Of a stretch of DNA of 64,000 nt, positions 1 to 10,839 are shown one piece after another (positions within the stretch are counted from its first letter, which is position 1; the number at the start of each line of letters is the position of its first letter). Origin of the DNA: Monocercomonoides exilis PA203 (taxonomy: Eukaryota; Protista; Preaxostyla). The translations under genes and the position numbers were made by a program. Where the stretch lies: positions 124,001 through 188,000 of the forward strand of contig LSRY02000020.1 in NCBI GenBank assembly GCA_001643675.2, written 5' to 3'. The notes beneath the pieces were generated by a model that worked only from the letters and a program-made list of their open reading frames with translations, ran no database searches and was not told the DNA's origin.

Positions 1-304
1 ATTCCTTTGATGCAAAAAAGTAATTAAGCAAAAAATATCAATGAAAGACAACAAAAAACTGCAAACTTAAACTTTCTTTTAAGCATCATTAAACATTTTT
101 TTGTCTCTGAAAGATCATGAGAAATATCTCCAGCTATAATCTGAATTTAAAGTCATTAAAAACCGCAAATTAAAAAAAAGAAGATTCATGTGGAGTCGGA
201 CAAACTAAAGTATCAAATTCATGACTCGGAATGGCTTCAAGCCATTTCAAATTTTGTAAATAATTTATGTGTAAATCAGATAAAAGAAACACTTTTTCGC
301 TCAT
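1..304 (-). CDS. Calcineurin-like metallophosphoesterase, 5' exons only (gene runs off the left edge)
   Basis: ATG at 304 gives MSEKVFLLSDLHINY... (motif I, DxH). After a GTTTG..CAG intron the next exon reads IIAGDISHDLSETKKCLMMLKRKF (motif II, GDxxx). Confidence 0.75.
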
Positions 305-422
305 ATAGTTAAAAAATAAAACAATAAAAAATACAGGATCAAATAACAAAAGAAAAATGATCCTATCCCACACACTTTTTTATTCTATTAACCAATTCTG
401 TGCATTGAGCACATTAGAGTTG

Positions 423-3400
423 ATGGGAAACATAACTTTTGAAAATTGGTATATTAAAGATAGTCCAACAGGAAAATATATAGACGATTCATTTTTCCGT
501 GATGTTTGTAATTTTATTTAAGAAATTTGTTTTGTTGCTGTTAAAATACTATGCCTTTGCGTTTAGAGTTATGAATATCATCACCGACGAGGATTTTACT
601 CTAGCATTGCATCATATGCAGTTAGATGGCTGTATGATTTATTTTCATTTTTTAAAAAAACATTTTTAACATTTATCAAATTGTAAGTTCGGACATGTTT
701 ATATTTGGAATACTGCTTCTTTTCTTAACATTTACAAATTGGGAAGGATTGTACAATTGTGCGAGAGATTCAGAGCTTCCATGTGATGATATATTTCGAT
801 TCAGAATATATCCAATGTATGATATTTGATTAATTTTTCAATTCTTCATGAAAAATTGCAGGACTGGATTAATTGTCGCATTTTTGTTTTTTGCATTCAT
901 AGGATCTTTTTGTTGGAATTTTTGTATCCTTATCAACCGAATTATAGCATTTAGCGCAATCAGACGTATATTATCACATGACCTGAAGCTTCGTGATGTG
1001 TGAAAAATTAACTTTGTGATTTTTTTAAAAAAGGACGTTTGCATACGCTTTTTAATACAAAAGGCGGATCTCCGTGCAATGTCCTTCGAGTTATTACTCC
1101 CTGATCTTCTTTCATACTGCAAGCTTAAGGGATTGGAGGTTGATGCGCACATGTTCCTTAATTGTGTTATGCGAGCAGAGAATTGCCTGAACAAGTTTTA
1201 TTCGGCTGCAATGGTGAACGATGAGGATATTCATCAATTTCCTCGCGATTTATACAAGTCAAGTGTGGACGTTTCTTAAATTTTGTTGAAATAAAACACT
1301 TTCACATTATTTAATAAAAATGCTTTATATATTTTTTCCCCTCAACACACGACGATGCATTCCGTTGATCAAAATGCTATTTGCATACACAGTCATCGTT
1401 AGGCATCGTCCGCAGTCATCAGAATTTATGGACGAAGTTATAACTCGCTTCCTGCTGAAGCCTTTGCTATCACAAATAGGACCAGTTTGCGATGATATTC
1501 TAATGTTTTACTAATCAAAATTTACTTTAACTTTTTGACAAATTTTTTAAAAATCATTCATAAATCCATATTTCTATGTTTTGTTATTGCACCTTAGGAA
1601 TATTCTCAAAAGACAAAAGAAAAGCTGGCAAAAAAGTATTCAAAATTCTTCTTCTTCATTTTTTTATCGATTTTATTTGTATTTTTTTATTAAAATCTAT
1701 GTTGCATATTCATTCTGCTCATAATTACTTTTCAATGGGCTTTTTTTCTAACAGTGTCAGAAAAAGAATGCTCATCGTCGGATTTCTGCTGCTTCTTGCC
1801 AGTCCCGTTTTCTTTGTGCTATTTTTGATGAAATTTGTATTTACACACGGACAAGTTTGCAAGTTAATCTCTTTCCTCACAAATAAAAAGTACAAATAAA
1901 AATCTTTAAATTCTTTCTTTCTTTTTTATAAAATTTCTTTATTTCTTTATTTTCCATTCACTTTTCTTACCTGCTTTTCATCCCTATCCCCTTCCCCCTT
2001 CCCCCTTCCCCCTCCTTCCCTCCTTCTTTCCCTTCAAAAAACCTCCCCAGGAGATCCGCAGCAGCCCTGGGACGCTCCTCTCCCGCCACTGGAACCGCAC
2101 GACGCGGTGGAAGTTCCGCCTCTACAACGAGCTCGACCACATCGCCATGCAGCGCTTGTCAGCCTCGTCTGCTGCTGCTGAAAAATACCTCGCCTCTTCT
2201 GAGTCGCACACCATCCGCTTCCTCGCGCAGTTCTGTGTGCTTGTCGTAGGCGCCTTCCTCGTCTGCATCTTCCTCCTCACCATCGTCGTCGGTGACAAAG
2301 TGCTCTACAAAATCTCCCTCTTCCACCAAACGCTCTTTTACATCGCTGGAATCGCTGGGGCTGCGTATGTGGTGCTGAAGGGGATGGCAAAGACAGACGA
2401 GGAAGTCGAAGAAGACCCAAAAAGACACATCAAAGAAATAGCTGAGCAGACTTACTTCCTTCCAGGGCTATTTTCAGAGGCATACGAAATCGACCAGCTC
2501 GATCTCTTTCTGACAATCAGAAAGAACTTCGCAAAAATGTCGGGGGATTTTTATGAGGGGAAAACAGAACAAGGAGAATTGATACAGTTCGAGGCTCCTC
2601 ATATTCTTCCTCCTCCTCCTTCTTCATCTTCCTCTTCATCGTCCTCTTCCTCTTCAATATCTTCAATATCTTCCGCTTCTTCTTCTTCTTCCTCCTCCTC
2701 TTCTTCTTCCTCATTGTCATCATCATCCTCCAACATTACTTCTCCCTCTCTTGTCTCCTCAGCCTCTGAAACACTCGAAGCAGTTCCAGGAAGGCCCCGC
2801 CAGGCGAAGTCAGCACTGCAGCTGATGCCATTCTATCCATATGCCAAGTACTCTCCTGAAGAGGCAGCAACACGCTCTGATTCTGCGCTGAATGCGATGG
2901 ACAGCAGAAGAGGCAGAAAGGATGGGCAGGCAGAAGCAGCAGATGAAAGAACACTGCAACACAATGAGAATGGTGGAAGACTGGGCAATGGAGAGGCATA
3001 TTCAGAGGAGGAACGAGAGGAAGAAGGAGAAGACGAAGGGGAGCTGTCTTTGTCGAAAAGCAGTCGGTCAGCCAATCTGTTGGAAAATGGAGGCGAATGG
3101 CAGAGCGATGGCGATCGTGTTTTGATTGAAATGACCGAAGACCAGCCAGAACACAGACGAGAGTTGAATTCACACAGCATTCTGCCCACCGCCGACGACG
3201 AAGACAACGCCGATGCAGCGCAGCTGATGCTTCTGTCTCTTGTGACTGCGTCGAAAGAGGCAGATGAAAGTGCTCTGATGATCAACAGCGCAAGCGACTA
3301 TGTGACGATTTCGAGGGCAGCCAGCTTCAGCACAGAAGGAGGAGGAGGGGGAATGGGAGGAGGAGGAGAAGGAGGAAGAAGCAGCAGCACACTGAAAGGG

Positions 3401-4425
3401 CAGCGTGTGTCTGTGAAGAGGGTGCCGCCGCGTTTCCGCCCGCAGAACGAGGAGACGCGGAGGAAGCAGCGGGATGTGCGGAAGGAGATTGAGTCGATGT
3501 TCCAGATGAGATACACGCTTGTGCTGAGGGAGGTGTTCTCTTCTGTGAAGGTGCCACTATTCTTGCTGCACTACGGGCTGGCTGGCAATCTTGTCAGGGG
3601 AAGGAAACACACATCCTTCTCAGACGCCTTTGTGGAGTTCTTTTTGAAGCGATGTTGCTACGTGAAGAGGCTGAAGAGATGCTTTTTGATTGAAGCTGTC
3701 TACCCAACGGAAATACCTCAGTCACGGTTTGTTATTGTTTCATTCATTATATGCATACAAATATATATTGTTGAATACCATTCATATTTCTTTCTTTTTT
3801 TCTTTCTTTTTCAATTTCATCAATATTTGAATGAATTATTAAATCATTTTTATTATTTCAAACATCCACAACTTTCTTTCTTTTCAGCCTCCAAAACAAC
3901 CGCTCTGAGCCATCACCCGCGATGAAAGAGCTCATTTCAGCGCAGTTCTTCGAGGCGATGTACAGCAACCAAGAGATGCCCTTTGCCGGCGCAGGGCGGC
4001 TGCGGCGTGTGTATCAGCAGCTGAGGGAGTACATCCAGAAACGAGAAGAGCGAAGACAGCTGAAACTGAATGGCAATCCGCTTCCGCCGCGCGAAAGGCC
4101 GCTGATTGCGCAGAGCGACGGCACGATCCCCCAAAATCCACTTCTGATGACAGCAGTTGGGATGGGGATGGGCACATCGGGAGGGGCAGGGATGCCATAT
4201 GGAGACAGGAGGGATGAGATGATGGAGGCAGTTCCAGTGGCAGAAGGGGTCTCTCCAGACAGAGTGCATCTGCTCCTGTCAGTGCAAGGCACGCACAGTG
4301 CAGCAGGAGATGGGGGGCAGCAGATGATAAGCACTCCATTTGGAGAAGGAGAAGGGCAGGAAGAGGAAGACACGTCAGAACTGGTTGCGTCGGCGGAGTT
4401 TGGAAGCATAAAGGAAGAGTCATGA
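423..4425 (+). CDS. ATG9: Autophagy-related protein 9 (lipid scramblase), about 9 exons
   Basis: Manually spliced exons give ATG9 hallmarks in order: DDSFFRD/SYEYHHRRGF, DAHMFLNCVMRAENCL, LLASPVFFVLFLMKFVFTHGQ/EIRSSPGTLLSRHWN..RWKFRLYNELDHIAMQRLSASSAAAEKYL, two further TM helices, QTYFLP, RKEIESMFQMRYTLVLREVFS and FVEFF. Introns include 504-566, 632-687 and ~3727-3887. Confidence 0.88.
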
Positions 4426-4970
4426 TGGGAATTTATGTTGTGGATTTGATCATCTTGGCTTGGATTTTGATTTTGATTTTTGACATTTCTTGCTGTTAAC
4501 ACTTTCACTTCATGGTTTATTTTTGAAATGGATTTGCTTTTTATTTTATTGTGTATTTTTTTTCTTTTTCTCAAATTTCTTTTCTTTTCTTTTCTTTTCT
4601 TTTTGTTTAGTTTTAACAAAAAAACATTTTTTTTTATTTTTTAAAATTCAATTTGTGGATGAAAAAAATAAAATCAGTCTTTTTTAATGTGAAGTTGATT
4701 CGAGTTGTTCAACAATAAATTTTAAGAAACGCCCACAAATTAATTGAACAACAGTTACAAAATAAAAAATAAAAAATCATAAAAATATCCATCGGCGTTG
4801 ATGAATATTTGTTCATCAGATGAATTGCGTATTTGAAAAGTTTATTCAAATTAACTTCGGTAAAAACACGAAAGTTACTTTGTTAATTTGAATTCACTTT
4901 TCAAATGCACAATTCATCTGATGAACAAATATTCATTTCCATGCCTTTTTATTGGATATTTTGTTCTTCT

Positions 4971-5005
4971 CCTTTCCTTTCCTTTCCTTTCCTTTCCTTT
5001 CCTTT
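4971..5005. repeat. (CCTTT)7 microsatellite downstream of the La-FKBP-TPR gene
   Basis: Direct reading of tandem CCTTT units. Confidence 0.9.
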
Positions 5006-5080
5006 TCTTTTCTTTCCTTTCATCTTCGCTTAACAAGCACACACAACAACACACACAAGCCAACCTCCAAAGCAAATGAG

Positions 5081-7511
5081 CTATCTTCTTCTTTGGCTCA
5101 TCTGTGCTTTGAGTGTTTGGTAAGCGCGTATGAAAGAGATATCGTCTTGAACAGACTCAAACAGCCTCTTCAGTGTTTCCAAGTCGTTCATCGCAGACTC
5201 CAAATCTCCAACTGCCAGAAACATCTTGTGCCGCATAAAAAGACACTTCTTCTTCATCCTTCCTTCCGCTCCTTGAAGCTTAAGTGCCTCAGAACTCTCG
5301 TCAATGCCCTTCTTCGCATATTTCTGCTTGTTCTCTTTATTTTTTTCAATTTGAAGCTGAACTTGAGATATCTTCCATTCAATGTCTACTTCCTTATCGC
5401 TCCCCCACGCAGCATCATCGTCTTCTTTGCTGCTTCCTTCTCCTTTTTCTTTCGTTTCCTTCAATTTATTGAGTTCCTCTTTCATTTTCCTTGTTTTATC
5501 TTGCAGCTCTTTGATATTCGTGTCACATAGATCGATGCATTTGCAGCATCCAACAGCACAATTACTCATCAAAATAGACTGCGCTCGAGTGACCAGTTCT
5601 TCTGTCACCTGATAAAGCTGAGTACGCAGCGGAGGCTCCATTTGTGTGCCCGAAGCAGCAGCTGAAGAAGAAGAAGAAGAAGAAGAAGAAGAAGAAGACT
5701 TCTTTTTCTTTTTTGCATCATTTTCATATTCTTCGATCTCTCTCAGCACATCTGTTGGGAGTGTTGACTCGTCCACCCACGGAATGCCATCAGACTCCTC
5801 TTCCTGTTCCAAAACGATCGCCTTTTTCTCTGCGTCTCCATCGCAATCTTCCTCAACATCCATTCCTTCTGCTCTCCTCTTCTCCATCTTCTTTCTTCTG
5901 TTCTCTTGCCTCGACAGCTCGCGAAGATGCTTCGAATACTCTTTCCACTCTTTGCCACACCACATTCGCCACTCGCCCAGAATCTGCAGCGCACGATGAT
6001 AGCAATGCAACGCCTTCTGCGGTGCACATTTCAGCGGAAAGAATTCTATCTTGGTTTTTTTCATGCTTTGAGAAGAATAAGAATAAGAAGAAGAAGCAGA
6101 AGCAGAAGCAGAAGAAGGGGAAGTCGAAGATGATGCCAACTCAAGGGACGCTGATGAAATTACTTCTGGTTGAGGCGGGTTCATCCACATGTTGCCAGCT
6201 TCCTTCTCAATCCGCGCAAACACCAGAGCTTCTCTCAAATTGAAGGCACGAGGCACTGTTGAATTGGCAAATGTCGGAGTATCAATAACTTCTTCATTAT
6301 TGATGTCTTCGTCATCTTCTTCCTCTTCTTCAAGCTGCTCAATGTTCTTTTTCACTTCAGAATCGTCATCATCCAAAATAGCACCACTTTTTGACTTGTC
6401 ATTCTCGCTTGTTCTCCTTTCAGCTGACATTGCAGCCATCTTCCTCCTTTCTTTCTCCTCCATTCGCTCTTTTCTCCTCGCAGCAGCATCCCACCTGCTA
6501 ATGTCCCGCCCAGCATGCGGAATCCACCCGAGCAGTTCAATTCTGTAGCTCACCCATTTGCCTCTTGCTTCTTCCTTGCGCGTGATATCCACAATCTCCC
6601 TCCCAACATTTGGCGCACATGCAAACAGCGCAATTTCTCCGCGTTCCATCCCACGCACCAGCACACTCAGCAATTGTGTTCGAGGCTGCTGCTTCTTCTT
6701 CTCAGGCCCTCCAATCACAAAAACATGTGGGTCATTTTCATCCCTCACCAAAACCTGCCCGGTTGATGTGACAAAAGCTACAAAACGAACAGCAACTTCG
6801 CTGAACATGGTGGGATGGTTCGGATTTGACAAGCCACATGTAAACATTTCCTCTGTGAAAATATCTGACGTTTCAACTGTGTTAACTTCACGAAAATGAG
6901 AATTTGAAAAATTTCTTCCTTTTCGAATTACTCTCTTCAATATTGAATTATCATCAAAAAAGTTAACATAATGAGCTGGAAGAGCAAAATCATCTTTGCT
7001 GTAATTATCATCAATAGTTGCTATTTTAGGATCTTCTTTTATCCCCATTTCATCCATCAGCTCTTTTTCCTGGATTGTTTCCAATGTTGATTGATCAACG
7101 AATGGACCTGTATATTTAAGTTTCCTCTGAACTCTCTTGCAGGGAGTTTCTTCAACAACTAACGTTTCTGAATCTTTTAAAGTCTACAAAATATTTTATT
7201 TTTATTTTGAATAGTTTCATATAAAATTGGTATTCAATATTTATCATTAATAAATATATTTTAATATTGTTTTTTTCAAACTTCAAATACTATATCAGAA
7301 TTTGTTGTTAATGCACAAAGTTTAGGGAATGTCATCAATTTTGAAAGTGGAACCCATCCTTGTAATACGAAAACTTTATCAGCAAATATCAAAAGAAATT
7401 TAGCAAACCATCGTTGGATTCCATCACATCCTTTAAAAATTTGTCTTTTTTCAAGTTTTTGTCACAGAAATAATACTCGACTTGCCTCAAAATATCAATT
7501 CTTTGTTGCAT
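5081..7511 (-). CDS. La-motif + FKBP-like + TPR fusion protein (3 exons: 7511-7409, 7358-7282, 7183-5081)
   Basis: Spliced N-terminus MQQRIDILRQVEYYFCDKNLKKDKFLKDVMESNDGWVPLSKLMTFPKLCALTTNSDIVFETLKDSETLVVEE is a La motif. It is followed by an FKBP-like region (ILKRVIRKG..EVAVRF..FVIG..VRGMERGEIALFACAP) and TPR helices (KEAGN..ALHCYHRALQIL; ILMSNCA; KCLFMRHKMFLAVGDLESAMNDL). Both introns are GTTTG..AG and keep the frame. Confidence 0.85.
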
Positions 7512-8075
7512 AAAGTGACAAAATTTTTGAGATATATATTATTATAATATGGGTTTGATCTATCTTTGTCTTTGCAAAAAACAAAATTTGAAAGATTCCA
7601 AAAATTCGAATCCTAAATATTTTGCTCATGAAATCAGAAAGCTAATTAACAAATTTTCAAATTATTTACTATGCTCAAATGCAAAACAAGCATTTTGATG
7701 GAAACTGAAATAATTTGATCAAAATGGAAAAATTATGAAAACATTTCAAAAAATATCATTTTGATTTTTGGTTAAGTATTTTCATTTAGAAGTTTTTTTT
7801 CAAATTAAAAATAATAACTTATCTGGGACGAAATTTTTTGCTTAATCATTTTGTTCCATTCTACACATTTAATTAATTTTGAAATTTTTGAAAAATTTCC
7901 AATGTGTTTTTGATGTGAGAATGAAAGATTTCTCATGATAAGGTTGTGGAAAAAGTTTGGAACAAATTGTTGTTTTTTTCATAAATGAAAGAATTTTGCC
8001 CCATTTGATAATATTGATACATAATTTTTCTGTTAGAGTGGAGGTTTTATTTTTTTCTTTCTCAAAAGCGTTAGA

Positions 8076-9430
8076 ATGACAAAAGAAGCTGACCACAACG
8101 ATGCTGCAATAAGTGAAATAAATTCACAAGAGCTTCGTGAGACAGTATCACATGATGAAGAGGACCTTCCTGTTGTTGAAGAAATGAACTTTGAACAATC
8201 TTCACATAGAAATGAAGAGCAGGAAGAAAGCGAGCACAAAGAAACAACAGAGGATTCTCAAAAAATTAACGATTTTGATGAAGAATCACAGCAGCAATTA
8301 CATTTTGAAACGGAACAAGTTTCTGAAGATTATTCTCAGCAAAATTTTTCAACTATGAATGAGAAAGAAAATCAGTCGCAAACAAACCCTCATTCAGATC
8401 AATTAGATTATGAATATCAAAGCCAAAGAACATGCGATTCTCAACAAACATCAACACAAGAAGAGTCATCTCCTCAATTTGATCGATCTCAGTTGGAGAA
8501 AACTGAAAATGATTTGTCTTGCCATGCAGATCCTACAGCATCAAAAGGAGGAAAACGTAAGTCTCATCATCATTTACATCGAGATTCTTCTTCTTCTGGA
8601 GGAAATGAAAGAGAAAGTAGAAATACTTCATTTTACAATTCTCAAGAGCTCGAAGCAACGAATAGATCTCGTTCAAATTCTAAGTCTCGTTCTCGCTCAC
8701 GTTCTCGTTCTCGATCCAGAAAAAGGGATAGAATGGGGGCTACAAGAAATTTTCTTGACACCACAGATCCTTTGTATGATTTATTCTGTTTTTAATACAT
8801 ATTTTATATTTTAATGAAATTTTCCATGCATTTTAATTAATCTGGATATTCTTTTGTAGATTTGAGCATGTCATTGACAAATACTCTCGCTCACCAGGTC
8901 CAGTGTATGATACAGGCGTGGAGCAGGATAGACTTCTCCGGCGTTCAGGCACAACTCGCATTGGAAAAGAATCGCGAGAAAAGTTCTTCACTCTCCCGTC
9001 TTTAACGCCAGGCCCTGTGTATCAGCCAGACGACAGCAAAACATCCACCTGCCCAGCCTCGCCGCGTGCCACGATCGGAAGAGCGCCGAAGCGATCGGTG
9101 CTGGTGCTGGACACGGCAGGCCCTGGAGGCCCGCCAATATCTCTTCCTCCGCTCGAGGTCGACCACAAGCACAGCTTCAATGCGACAATTGGCAGAGAAC
9201 GAAGAGGCCTCGTTCGCGTCGAAGATACCCCTGGCCCGGGGGCTTATGGCTCATTTGCACGTTTGATTTTTGTTTACTCTTAACTCATCAATCATACTAT
9301 TTTTTTTTCTTATTTCTTTTCTTTAAACGTATTATTCATTTAATCTCCTCGAACAGCTCCAAAGCATTCGAGCAAAAGAGGAACTTTTAGCAGCCAGGAA
9401 AGAGGCTCTGGTAATTGGATTTTTAAATAA
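8076..9430 (+). CDS. PGP-repeat (SHIPPO-1/ODF3/STPG-like) probable ciliary microtubule-associated protein; 3 exons (8076-8773, 8860-9260, 9357-9430)
   Basis: Repeats SPGPVY, TPGPVY, AGPG and TPGPGAY are interleaved with ATIG/RIG motifs. The N-terminus is acidic with an RS dipeptide run. GTATG/GTTTG introns join the ORFs in frame. Confidence 0.7.
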
Positions 9431-9913
9431 CGATTAGCTTATTATTTTATTGCGTTGTTTGATGTCTATTGATCTTTAATGAATTTTAAAAGTTGTATTT
9501 TTGATTATGTTTGTCTGTGATGTTTGATTATTCATTTGTTCGCTTATTCATTATTTGACAGTGCATCCTTATTGTCAATAGATTTCTTGTTTAATATTTT
9601 CATTTTTATTCGTCTTTGTTTCACTAATTTTGATTTTTATTTATTTGTTAAATTCCATTTACAATTTTTATGATTGCTATTAATTTTTGCAATGTATGTA
9701 TTCCGATAATGTTGTATGTTGGATGTCATCTTTATTTCGCATTTCATAATCAATGTTTATTTATTTTTCAATGAATATTATAACGTGTGTAGCATTGGGG
9801 GCATCGTCCCCACTTTCCTGTAATCAAACTTTCCCCCTTTTTTTCTTTTCTTTTCTTTTTTGTGAAGTGTGGTGAAACGAGAATGGTGAATTGAAATAAA
9901 TCAACAAATTTGA

Positions 9914-10783
9914 TTAAAAATGCTTCGTCCTCCAATCAGCAAATAGCGATAGAAGGGGGTCAGCTGTATTTTGAGGTGATGGGTGAACCTGTTCTTTTTT
10001 TTCAATCTCTTCCTCCTGTTCCTCTTCATCTTCGTCTTCATAATCGCTTTCTTCTTGTTTTTTGGATTCATAAGGTTTAATCTGAGATGAAAGTGCAGAA
10101 AGTTTAACGAGAGTTTTTTTACCAGCGTTGCCTTTTCTTATTTCATCTTTTGTCTCTTGTAAATGATCAAAACGGTTTTGAAGTTCACTTTTTTTAGAAA
10201 AAATAACAAAATGTTAAAAAAAATTCAAATTTATAAAAAACAAACTCTTGCTTTATAACTTCATCTCCTAACTGACGAAACGCATCATCCTCCATCATTT
10301 CTTCCAAAATTTTCTTGTTTTTTTTTTCTGTTTCTCTAACTTCTCTTTTGAACTGTTTCAATTCTTTTCTAAAAAACAAATTTACAAATATTATTAAACT
10401 TTATTTAAAAATTTGAAATAGAAAATCGCAAACTCAATTTGTTTTGGATCAATTCCATGGGCTTTTGCATCTTCTTTTGAATCATCAAAAAATCCTGCTG
10501 GAAGAGAGAGATTTTGTCGTGATTCTATAACATCCGATTCCGCTTGTTTTTCAATATGCTTTTTATCATCAGCTCTGGGTTTGATTTTGATGTATATGTC
10601 CTTTTCTATTGTTGGCTGCCTTTTTTCAGGTTTTTCTTGAATGCTTGAAGTTGACAAGCTTGAAGACTCTTTTTCTTTCTTAGCTTTTTTAAGCATTAAA
10701 TGTAGCGTCTAAGTATTCATTCAAACAAATTTTATAAAATTAAATATAGATAAAATACATCAATATACATTTTTCCGATCCAT
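9914..10783 (-). CDS. ZNF830/CCDC16-like spliceosome-associated protein (multi-exon, no zinc finger seen)
   Basis: LPAGFFDDSKEDAKAHG, a coiled coil (KELKQFKREV...LEEMMEDD), an acidic stretch and C-terminal ADWRTKHF match my recollection of the ZNF830 LPEGFFDD...DWR signature. Probable first exon MDRKN at 10783-10769. Confidence 0.65.
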
Positions 10784-10839
10784 TTTAATTTTTAATATGG
10801 GTATATATGAAGTGAATTTATTTATATGAAAATAAAAAA

